A stretch of DNA of 64,000 nucleotides from Scyliorhinus canicula (lineage: Eukaryota): contig NC_052168.1 of assembly GCF_902713615.1 (NCBI RefSeq), forward strand, positions 5,952,001 to 6,016,000, written 5' to 3'. The translations under genes and the position numbers were made by a program. The notes beneath the pieces were generated by a model. The model was not told where the DNA came from. It ran no database searches and was given only the letters and a program-made list of their open reading frames with translations. Of the stretch, positions 43,260-55,300 are shown one piece after another (position 1 is the first letter of the stretch; each line of letters begins with the position of its first letter).

Positions 43260-44362
43260 CCCCCCTCCCTCCCTCCCTCTGCCCCCCCTCGCTCTACCCA
43301 CCCCCTCTCTCTCTATCCCCCTCTCGCTCTCTCTCTCTATACCCCCCTCTCGCTCTCTCTCTCTATACCCACCTCTCGTTCTCTCTCTTCACCCCCCTCA
43401 TGTTCTCTCTCTTCACCCCCCTCTCGTTCTCTCTCTTCACCCCCCCCCTCTCGTTCTCTCTCTTCACCCCCCCCTCTCGTTCTCTCTCTTCACCCCCCCT
43501 CGTTTCTCCTCTCTTCACCCCCCTCTTCGTTCTCTTTCACCCCCCCCTTCGTTCGCTCTCTTTCACCCCCCCCCTCCTCGTTCTCGTCTCTTCACCCCCC
43601 CTCTCCGTTCTCTCGCTTCACCCCCCCCCTCTCGTTCTCTCGCTTCAACCCCCCCTCCTCGTTCTCTCTCTTCATCAACCCCCCCCCCCTCTCGTTCTCT
43701 ATCTTCTTCACTCACCCCACCTCTCGTTCTCTCTCTTCCACCCCCCTCGATCGTTCTCTCCTCGTCTCTCTTCACCCTCCCCCCCCCCTCGCGGTTCTCC
43801 TCCTCTTCACCCACCCCCTACTCGTTCTCGTCTCTTCACCCCCCACCTCTCGTTCTCTCTCGTCACCCCCCCCTCATCGTTCTCTCTCTTCACCCCCCCC
43901 TCTCGTTCTCTCCTCTTCACCCCCCCTCTCGTTCTCTCTCTTCACCCCCCCTCTCGGTTCCTCATCTCTTCACCCCCCCCTCTCGTTCTCATCGCTTCCC
44001 CACCCCCTCTCGTTCTCTCTCTTCCCCCCCCCCCTCGTTCTCTCTCTTCCCCCCCCCTCTCGTTCTCTCTCTTCCCCCCCCCTCTCGTTCTCTCTCTTCA
44101 CCCCCCCTCTCGTTCTCTCTCTTCACCCCCCCTCTCGTTCTCTCTCTTCACCCCCCCTCTCGTTCTCTCTCTTCACCCCCCTCTCGTTCTCTCTCTTCAC
44201 CCCCCCTCTCGTTCTCTCTCTTCACCCCCCCTCTCGTTCTCTCTCTTCACCCCCCTCTCGTTCTCTCTCTTCACCCCCCACTCACTCTCTCTCTTCACCC
44301 CCCTCTCGCTCTCTCTTCACCCCTCTCTCTCTCTCCACCCCCCCCCCCCCCCCCCCCCCCTC
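43260..44362. repeat. ~1.1-kb polypyrimidine minisatellite, ~24-bp unit CTCTCGTTCTCTCTCTTCACCCCCC
   Basis: Directly visible. Confidence 0.95.
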
Positions 44363-44459
44363 GTCGGACACCTTCACATCCTGGGCCCCACATTGTACCT
44401 TCTACAGAAACTGAAAAGTGACATTCAAAAGGAGACTCCAGTAAAATTTCAGAAAAGTC

Positions 44460-47134
44460 TAAAGAGTGCATAATTTATTGTGACAAAATGAAGGACGAGT
44501 GTACACTGTCAAACAAAACAAAATAAAATCCCAATGTAAAAAGCACCCGCAAAAAAAAAAAAGAGGAAAATGTAGTGCAGGCTGCACCTTGCCCCAACCT
44601 CCAGCTCCTGTTAACGGCAGAATAGAAATAATACACATTCTTATCAATCCTCTATAACAGGACAGGGAGAGCTTCACAAAAGGTGCATCACCACAGCCGC
44701 TTATACAGAAGCTGCGGGATTTCATTTTTAAAAGGGAAATGCAGAGTTACACTGGAGGCTGCTGTACTCTCGCACGTTATCAGTTGTCTAGGTGCACGAG
44801 GCAGGTCAACGCGACTCCTCACAGACACAGCCGAGATCTCGAGGGGGACCAGTTATAGATTTCAGCCCCTGGCTCTACACACAGGCACCTCCTTGTCTGG
44901 GTAACGCCAAGGGTGGGGGTGATGAAGTACTCTGCCGTACAGACCCCAATGGGGAAGAGAGGCATCAAACTTCTCTCGCTCAACTGGTTCATTAATACTT
45001 TACAATCCAAGCTCCTGAAACAATTATTATTAGTGCAGTTTTCTCGGGGAAAGTGGGGGGTCATTTATTGCTTGGCAAGTCAAACGTCTGGGACACAATA
45101 AGCAACCCTCCCACAAATCGGTTCATTTTAATATCAAATCACGGAGAGTTAAGCTGCAGAAAAATAGCACATTACAGACCAACCATTCCCCCACCTCAGT
45201 TAAGTTGCTCGTTGAAATAGTACATGGTCTGGACTTGCTACTCTGAAAAGTCCTATTTGTGTAGCCTGCTTTTACATAGAGTTATAAGTATTGGGTTCAA
45301 GGGCAAATGGAACAGAGCACGACGCAGGTCAGGGGTGGTCTGCTGTCTCAGAGGACGTTGCCCAGGAGACCAGACAGCTTCCAGACACCGGAGAAGCAGC
45401 CAGAGAAAGCAGACACCTCTTCCAATCACACCTCACTGGCTTGGTTAATACTAAAGGCGCGACTCACTTGCTGCAGTCCCCGATTCCAGGGAGCTCAGCC
45501 TCCCAGCTGTTGAGAGCAGGGTAACCCAGCTAGCGCCGGCCAGCGGGCGCAGCGCTCGCAGTCTGAACAGTGGACCCATGGGGCACCTGCCCTGGCACAA
45601 ATGACAAGTAGAGAGCTCAGATCTAAACACACAGCCTCAGATTCACTCTTACTATGGGCATGAAGCATCAGTCATTCTCTCATTTAACACCAATCAAGCT
45701 CATGGGGTGTTACAATTATAAGTGTAATTTAGGTGCGAGGTATAAGTAGGCCCAGATAGATACACATAATTCAGGCCAAAGTCATATATTCTACCCGAAT
45801 ATTTATATGGTGATTAATTCCTATGCCCACCTTTACAATGTAAACTTTGTGTAAACAGGTCATGTTGTAGTTACACTGTCCCACCAATGGCTGCGCTGTG
45901 ACAGGAAGGTGGGATTATATTGTGACGTGTATACACGTATTCCATTATAAATGCTGACAGGAATTTATAACAGGAATTTATAACAGAATATGCTAGCACG
46001 AAGTGCACACAAGAGATCAGATTTTGAATCTTACTGCGAGATAACGGAGATTGGGATTCTCTTCAAGTTTGGCGCACAGCAATGGAGAGATTGGAATCGT
46101 ACCTCACCCTGGCCTTAGTACGTGCTTTCCTTATATATAAATCTCATGGGAAACAAATGAATCTTTTAAGTTGGTAGGTAGGGGGTGGGGTGGACATAAT
46201 GGGTCTCAGCAGCACTCGAGGGTGGAAATCAAAGCTTCTGCCCCCGATTGCTGCTCAGTACCTCGACGGAAAGTGCAGCGGATCTGGTTGGACTGCAGTG
46301 CCCTTCCCGAGTTGAAGAGCTGACGGAGGCCTGAAGGAAGGTGCTGCTGCTGCATGTATGTTGGCGGCAGAGGTATCAGGGCACAACCGTGGTGTTAAAA
46401 GCATGACACGCGTGCTCCGCAGGTGGAGCAGAAATCCCAGTTCTTATACCAGTGACGGTACAGGCGAGAGGTCCCGGCCCAGGGCCGTTCTCCTGCAGCT
46501 TTACCATTTCGGCAGCGCCCCCTGAAGGACATCACGGGAGCCGGATTCCTGTCGGACATCCACAGGAGGCCCAACAGCTTCATCGCAGCGTGCGCAACAT
46601 GCTTTAACATCTACGTCTGCAGACACGAACATAACCTTCCAATTTACCACCGCTGTCACTTTACTAACTCCCGTGGAGCCTGGGTTTGTGTGGATTTGTG
46701 CCCAGTACCTCCTGCCCTCCCTCACTTTGGTGGTTATCAACATGCAGGTGGGAAGGAGGGGGGGGTTTGAGTGATACAGGGGGCGGGGAAAGCAGCAAGG
46801 AAAAGAAATAAACTGCCCGCAAACAACTTCCGAACTACCTTTAGCAGCAGGCTCCCCAAGACCTCCAGCAAAAGCAGCTTGGGTGTGTAAGAATGAGTGG
46901 CACTGCCATGCTGTGCTGTGCCAGGTCTGCCCACGCAGTAGAGGAGGTCCTGCAGAATCTTGCTCCCGCGCCAACTGCACAGCTCGATGATCATTCCCAT
47001 AAGCGTTAAAAGGTACAAGATAACTAAATCACTATTTCTCCGTGCAAGTCGGCATCATTCCACCCTCCCCGGATTTCAGATATAAACAAAACAAAAGAGA
47101 AAAAATATATATATACACATCATCATCGTCTCTC
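44460..47134 (-). other. CHMP2A: Probable long 3'UTR of CHMP2A
   Basis: ~2.7 kb with no recognisable SINE/LINE in an otherwise repeat-dense window; minus-strand AATAAA at 44479-44474 (alternative at ~45069-45064). Confidence 0.55.
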
Positions 47135-50100
47135 TCAGTCTTTACGGAGATTTTTCAGCCGTTTTTCCAGGTCGGCATCTGCATCTTCCAGGACCACAGG
47201 CTCCGCTTTCTTCCCGGCAGCAACGCTGAGAGACGCTCCGGTGCTGGGGAGGTCTGGAAGGGAAATGGGAAATGTGAGGCGTCTAGCTGGACAGGGAACT
47301 GTTGGCATTACCAGAGTCCGTTCAGAATGGCAGCTCTCGCCGACACTTGGATTTATACAGCACCTCAAATTGAATAGGACCTCCCCAAGGGCATTAAAAA
47401 ATAAGATTTGACAACGGTCAACTCATCTCAGAGGCCAGAAGGTCACAGGGTTCAATGTCCAGAGAGTAGTCCAGACTGACACTCCCAGTGCCAGCACTGG
47501 GAGAGTGCCGCACTGTCAGATGCGCTGGACATTAAACTAAGATCCCAACTACCTTCTATGGAGGACATAAAAATGGACCTGAGGCTTAAGGAGGAACAGG
47601 AATGGCAGCTCAACAAATCCTGACGGGGTTCTCAGACCAGATAGAGAGGGTGTAAAAAAATAAAGGAGGGGGAGTGGTAATTCTGGGCGAGGAAGCAATT
47701 ACAGATATGAGAAGGGAGGATATATTAGAGTGATCATCAATTGAGGACACATGGATTTGGCTTAGGAACAAGAAAAGGGGCAGTTACACTACCAGGGGTT
47801 CTGTTAGCCCCCCCCAAACTGTCAGAAATAGAAGAGCAAATACACAGGCAATTCTCCGAGGTGTGCAAAAACAGTAGGGGAGCAATGATAGGGGATTTTA
47901 ACTACCCCAGTAATAACTGGGATAGTTTCAGTGTAAAGAATAGAGGGATTCTTAAGGTGCATTCGGAGAGCCTTTTAGTCAGTATGTAGCAAGTTCAACA
48001 AGAGAGGGCGTGGCTGTGGGCTTAGTGTGTGGAAATGAAGCTGGGCAGGTGGAAGGAGTGGTAGTGGGGGGAGCATTTCGGTAGTAGTGACCATAACCCA
48101 GTTAGTTTTCACATCATTATGGAAAAGGACGAAGCTAAAACTCGAGTTAAAGTTCTAAACTGGGGCAAGGCCAATTTTACTAAGCTGTGGAATGACTTGG
48201 CAAAGGTGGACTGGAAACTGGAGCCACTTGAAGGTAAATCAGTGTGAGAGCAGTGGGAGGTATCCAAAGGGGAGAGTAAACATGTTCCCACCAAGAAAAT
48301 GGGTGGGATGGTCACATTTACAGCGCCCCCCCCGAATGTCAAGGATCTTACAGAGCGAGGTTAAGGCAGAAGGCGAAAGTTTGCGTCCATCACAGAGAAC
48401 TGACTACTAGAGAATACCCGAGAGTGAAACCAAAAAGGAAATTAGGAGAGCAAAGAGAGGACATATTGGCAAGCAAAACCAAAGAGGACCCAAAGATGTC
48501 TTATCAATGCATTAAATGCAAGAGGAAAACGTAAGAGGACAACTAAGGAACGAATAGGGCCCATAAAAGACCAAAAAGGAAACCTGTGTGTGGAGACAGA
48601 GGATGTGGACATGGTTCTGCATGAACACTCTTGTGTCTGTCTTCACAAAAGAGGGGCCAATGCAGGCGTTGTAGTTGAGGAGGAGGTGCGTGGAGCTGTG
48701 GATGTGATTAACAGAGAGAGAGAGGAAGTACGAATGGGATTAGTGTCCTTGACAGTGGATAAATCACCAGAGCGGATGAAATGTACCCCAGGGTGTTCAA
48801 AGAAGCCAGGGAGGAAATAGCGGAGGGTCTCTGACCACCATTTTCCAATCCTCACTCCGGATGCGGGCGAGGTGCCGGAGGATCTGTTCACGTTGTACCT
48901 TTGGTTAATAACGGAGCGAGGGATCAATCAAATAATTACAAGCCAGTCAGTCCAATCTCAGTGGTGGGAAAATTATCGGAATCGATTGGGAGGGACAGGA
49001 TAATCTGTCACTGAGGAAAACACTGATTAATCAAGGCTAGCCAGCATGGATTTGTTAAGGGAAAGTAGAGTCTGACTAATTTGGTTTAAATTTTTGAGGA
49101 AGTAACGAGGAGGATCAAGGAGGCAAGTTGAGTTGATGCGGTCGGAATGGATTTTGTTAATGTTTTGGACAAGGTCCCACGGGGCAGACTGGTTAAAAGT
49201 AAGTAAGAGCCCATGGGATCTTGCTGAATGCAGCAAGATGGATACAAGATGGGCTCAGCGCCAGGAAACAAAGGGTAATTTTGTAACGTGGATGTTTTTG
49301 TGACTGGAAGGTGGTTTCCCGTGGGGCTCAATGCCAGGTCCCCTGCTTTTGTGGTATGTCTTAACGATTTGGAAATAAATGTAGAGGGAACGATGAAAAA
49401 GTCTGCAGATGACAAATATTGGCCAGGTGGTGGGATAGTGAGGAGGGCAGCTGTGGACTGCAGGAAGCTATCAATGGCTTCGTCAGGTGGGCAGAAAAGT
49501 GACAAATGGAATTGAACCCAGAGAAGTGCGAGGTGATGCGTTTGAGGAGGTCAAACAAGGCAAAGGATTGCACAATAAACGGGAGGAGACAGAACTGTAG
49601 AGGAAGTGAGGGACCTTGCAGCAAGTGTCCACCGATTCCGCAGGACAGGCCGACAAGATGGTTAAGGCGGCAAATGGAATCCTTTCATTTATTAACCAAG
49701 GTACTGAATAGAAGCCATGATGTGGAGATGCCGGCGTTGGACTGGGGTGAGCACAGTAAGAAGTCTTACAACACCAGGTTAAAGTCCAACAGGTTTGTTT
49801 CAAACACGAGCTTTCGGAGCACGGCTCCTTCTTCAGGTGAATGAACATTCACCTGAAGAAGGAGCCGTGCTCCGAAAGCTCGTGTTTGAAACAAACCTGT
49901 TAGACTTTAACCTGGTGTTGTAAGACTTCTTACTGAATAGAAGAGCAGGGAGGTGATGCTGAAACTGTATAGAACCTGCGATCGGCCACAACTGTACGCA
50001 GTTCTGGCCTCCTCATTACAGAAAGGATGTGATTGCGTTAAGAGAGGGTACAGAGGAGATTGACGAGGGTGTTGCCAGCGCTGGAAAACTGCAGCTATGA

Positions 50101-52327
50101 GGAAAAGTTGGGGAGAGGCTGGAGTTGTTCTCCCTGGACAGAGAAGCGGAGGGGTGTTTTGATTGAGATGTGTGTGTGGTGAATGTGATTCACACCATAT
50201 ATAGTTGCCAATATCACTCCATGTATATATGTTCGTTATCTACCCATTGCAAGTGCAGTTGCACTATCCGACCACCAGGGGGAGTCGCTCTGGGAGTACG
50301 CGAGAGTTTGTACTGGGCTCCTCCCCCTGGGACCGATGTATAAAGATCAGTGCCTTAGAGCCAGCCTGCCATTTCACCTGAAGCTCAACGACGAATAGGC
50401 TGGCTCTGTTGTAAGTGTATTAAAGCCTCTGTTCAGATCCAACTACACGTGTTCGCTGAATTGATGGTTCCATCAATGTGCAAAATGTTGAGGTTAGAGA
50501 GGAAGGGAAGGGACTGTTTCCTTTAGCAGAGGGGGGTTTTGGAAGTCACTACCTCACAGGGTGGTAGAGGCAGAAACCCTCAACTCGTTCCAAAGGTGTC
50601 GGGATGTGCGCCGTAGGGTCGGTAACCGGCAGGGCAACGGACCAAACGCTGGAATCATGCCGGGTGGCTCGTTCTTCAGCCGGCGCAGATACGATGGGCC
50701 GAGTGCCATAAACTGTCTACGATTGGACATGATTATACCGAAGAACCAGGTGCGTTCCCCACACTCTCTATTTACCTCTCGACTAAAATCACTTCACCAG
50801 AAATCTGGTTGTGGGAACTTGCTGTGCGCTAATTGGTTGCTGAATTTCCTGCAGTACAACCGCACTTCCAAAAAAATACTTCATTGACTGGAAAGCACTT
50901 TTTTGGGACATCCAGGAGTCACGGACAGCGCTGTACAAATCCAAGTCTTTCTTTCTCGAGATCCCAACATCAGACAGCACGTCGCAAGTTCTGCGCGACT
51001 GCCCCGACACCGACCGGCGGTAACTTAAGACATGGAAACACGAACAGGCAAAGGCGGGCAAACAGAACCCGTCCGTTCAGAAGCGGCTCGGCTGTCGGTG
51101 GGACAAGTTGTCTTGGCAACCCTGCACCAACAGGTTCCCAGGCAACCTGCGCCAGACACGAGGTGCGACCAATCGGTTCAGATACTCACTGGACAGTTCG
51201 TCAGTCAGGTTGAGGCCAAGTTCGTCCAGCACTTGAGACACAATCGCATCACTGCAGAGGCAAAACAAAAATCAGTCGGCGCGTCCAACACAAGCCACTC
51301 TGCCATTTTCTCTTCCGCAATCAATAGGAGAGACTGACCATTTAGGGGATAGACGGAGGTGGGGATTCGACTTTCTAGGGAGTTGGGGGCCAGAAGAGGA
51401 GAAAGAACATAGAACATGGAACATAGAACATTACAGCGTAGTACAGGCCCTTCGGCCCTCGATGTTGCACCGACCTGTGAAACCCCTCTAAAGTCCATCT
51501 ACACTATTCCCTTATCGTCCATATGTCTATCCAATGACCATTTGAATGCGTTTAGTGTTGGCGAGTCCACTACTGTTGCAGGCAGGGCATTCCACGCCCC
51601 TACTACTCTGAGTAAAGAACCTACCTCTGACATCTGTCCTCTATCTATCTCCCCTCAATTTAAAGCTATGTCCCCTCGTGCTAGACATCACCATCCGAGG
51701 AAAAAGGCTCTTGATGTCCACCCTATCTAATCCTCTGATCATCTTGTATGCCTCAATTAAGTCACCTCTTAACCTTCTTCTCTCTAACGAAAACAAGCTC
51801 AAGTCCCTCAGCCTTTCCTCGTAAGATCTTCCCTCCATACCAGGCAACATCCTGGTAAATCTCCTCTGTACCCTTTCCAATGCTTCCACATCCTTCCTAT
51901 AATGTGGCGACCAGAACTGCACGCAATACTCCAAATGCGGCCGCACCAGAGTTTTGTACAACTACAACATGACCTCATGGCTCCGAAACTCAATTCCTCT
52001 ACCAATAAAAGCTAACACACCGTACGCCTTCTTAACAACCCTCTCAACCTCTCCCTCTCTCAAAGTACCCAACAGCATCCTGTGGGAGAGGGTTGCCGAT
52101 TCCAACTACATTTGTGCTTCCTAAGGGCAGCACGGTGGCGCAGTGAGTAGCACTGCTGCCTCACGGCGCCGAGGTCCCAGGTTCGATCCCGGCTCTGGGT
52201 CACTGTCCGTGTGGAGTTTGCACATTCTCCCCGTGTTTGCGTGGGTTTCGCCCCCACAACCCAGAAAGGTGCAAGCTAGGTGGATTGGCCACTCTAAATT
52301 GCCCCTTAATTGGAAAAATGATTGGGT

Positions 52328-52358
<31 letters not shown>

Positions 52359-55300
52359 TGTTGTGCTTCCTGGCATCGCACACCCCCCTCCCCTGATCGG
52401 TCTGGCTCTAGTTTTAAGGTTTTGCCCCTCGTTCTGGGTTCTCCCACCAGGGTGAAATAGTTTCCTCGCTCCTTCAATCACCATAGCCAGGTCAGCTTAG
52501 TCTTCCTGTACTCGAGGGAACACAAGCCCAATCTGCGCAGTCTGTCATTGTTCCTTCCTTTCCGATCCAGTATCCATTTGCACTTCAAAACCCCCTCACT
52601 TCAAACCCAATACATCCTGCAATAATTACAGCACAGGGGGGAGCCATTCACCCCATCGTCTTCATGCCAGCTCTCTGCAAGAGCTACTCAGCTGGCACCA
52701 CACCCCTCCGCCCCTGGCCTTTTCTCCTAGACCTGTTATTTCTTTCCTTTCAAGTGCTTATCCTAGTCCTTGTCGAGAGTCAACATTTATTTTTTATAAA
52801 TTTAGAGTACCCAATTCTTGTTTATCCAATTAAGGGGCAATTTAGCGTGGCCAATCTACCTATCCTGCACATCTTTGGGTTGCGGGGGTGAGACCCACGC
52901 AGACATGGTGGGAATGCGCAAACTCCACACGGACAGTGACCCAGAGCCGGGACCGAACCTGGGACCTCAGTGCTGTGAGGCAGCAGTGCTAGCCACTGTG
53001 CCACCGTGCTGCCCACCACCCCCTCATGATTTTAAACACATCTATCAGCTCTCCCCTCTTCTCTAAATTGAACAGCAGCTTATATCTGGAACCATTCTCG
53101 TAAATCCTTTTTTTATCCTCCCCAAGCTGTGGGCCTGTACTCATTGGAGTTCAGAAGAATGAGGGGTAACATTATTGAGACATACAGGATTCTCGGGGGG
53201 GCTTGACAGGGTCGATGCTGAGAGGTTGTTTCCCCTTGTGGGAGAGTCTAGGACCAGAGGGCATCATCTCAGAGTGAGGGAGTCACCCATTTAAGGCAGA
53301 GATGAGGAGGAATTTCTTCAACTCTGTGGGTAGTGAATCTGTGGAATTCTTTACCGCAGAGAGCTGTAGAGGCTGGGACGTTAAGCATGTTCAAGGCTGA
53401 GATAGACAGATTTTTAAATCAGCAAAGGGAATCAAGGGTGACGTGGAGATGGTGGCGTTGGACTGGGGTGAGTACAGTAAGAAATCTTACAACACCAGGT
53501 TAAAGACCAACAGGTTTCACTAGCGAATCACTAGCTTTCAGAGTGTAGCTCCTTCCTCAGGTGAATGGGGATAAGGGGGGGAAAGTGGAGTTGAGGATTA
53601 TCACGTCGGATCAGTCATGATCTCGTTGAATAGTGGAGCAGACTCAATGGGCTGAATGGCCTTCATCTGCTCTCAAATCTTATGGTCTTAATCGGACACA
53701 ATACTCCAGTTAAGGGCCAAAGCTACTTCCTTACTTTATACCTCTATTTCTAAAGCCCAAGATCCCTTATGCTTTATTAAACGACTTCCTCAACCTGCCC
53801 TGCCACCTTCAAGGAATTTCACGCCTGTCCTTCCTGATGTGATAACAATGCCCCAAATGGGACTCTCCCCCCCACCCCCCCCCCCCCCCCCCCCCCCCTC
53901 CTCCCGAGCTCGGTACAGCTGCAACATCATAGTGATGTGCGCTTGACTGTTCTCAGTGAAGCTGCCCCATTGTTGGGCGAACCCCAATCGCAGGTCATCT
54001 GAAAACCAACAGGTGTGAATGAACATAATGAGGAAATGAACAGAAAGGCATGATGGGTAGTTAGGCCAAGTCTGGAGTAAAATCTTACTACAGTAGAATA
54101 AGGAGTTAGGTTAGCGGACTTTTAAACATCTCTAGCTTAGGCTGGAGAAAATGGGTAGCAGTCTGTGGTTGCCTGTAACTGAGACTCCATCATAGGCAGA
54201 TATCTGATCCAAACGGAATGAACGCTGCCCCCCCCCCCCCCCCCCATCACTCTGCGCGGTGGAGAATTGCAGTGAGACAGCCTCGTCGCAGCACAGATGA
54301 CCTCAAACAAATTTACAAACCATCTCCCACCGGCCAAAACCAGTGTCTAGTTCATCCAGCCAGTTCTGCCCACTCCTGATATTCTACCCCCCACTTCTCC
54401 TGAAGCACGGACTCGCCCTGTGGCGTGTTCCCCAGACTCCCGCACTCGGGTATCTCACCCAATCCCACACGCAGACCAGTTTGGGAAGGCTACAATCCGA
54501 CAGACAAACCCCATCCTGATCGTGCCCACAAACATCAGCTTCCACCTGTGTTCTTTAACTGGGCAGGAAACCATTCCACTGAATAGTGAATCAATGGTGG
54601 AGGACACGGAGAGCAGGGCCCAAGGGGAAAACAGGAGATACTGGGAGAATCGTCTCTCACGAACATCCGGAGGGTTAATAGGACGGAAAACAGCGCTGGA
54701 AGCCAGATCTACAATAACTTAAAAAATGAAATATATGGGTCAAGGGTGTAATTTGCTGATTCCTTCAGAGCACAAGTACAGGGGAGATGGGATGAATGGC
54801 CTGCATTTCTGCTGCAAGGCATTTTTATTCTATGACCTTTGCAAGTAACATGCAAACAGTAGGTGGCTGTTACCTACGGGAGCTGCGAGATGTGCCTGGC
54901 ACAAGTAATTCACATCACAGTAAGCTCCCGGACCTCCTGCTAGCCAGTGTGAATCATCAGCTCGAGTCACCAGCACGTCACGGAGCTGGTTCCGGAGTCC
55001 GGCACAGAATGGGAGCAGAGATTTGGGAAGCGGTCACACGCCAGGGCTCAGGATAAGGATAAGGACGTGACCGTGAATGGTGGAACAGGCTTGAGGCGTT
55101 GAACGGGCTGCATGTGTGTCCTTCATGATGTTAATTATATTGTTAAGATATAATTTTATTGTTAAGACAGCTGAAGGGCAGCCAGGTTCGATTCCCGGCT
55201 TGGATCACTGTCTGTGCGGAGTCTGCACGTTCTCCCCGTGTCTGCGTGGGTTTCCTCCGGGTGCTCCGGTTTCCTCCCACAAGTCCCGAAAGACGTGTTT

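Larger units (their letters stand above)
47590..50700 (+). mobile_element. Old, decayed CR1 LINE (endonuclease to RT to 3' end) in CHMP2A intron, with nested Penelope and LTR insertions
   Basis: IGDFNYP, VDKSP, QHGFVKG, ADD and CEVM motif remnants in shifting frames. Confidence 0.8.

Noticed and set aside
43196-44473. 425-aa Ser/Leu/Pro ORF
   Set aside because: Translation of the polypyrimidine minisatellite, which lacks stop codons by composition
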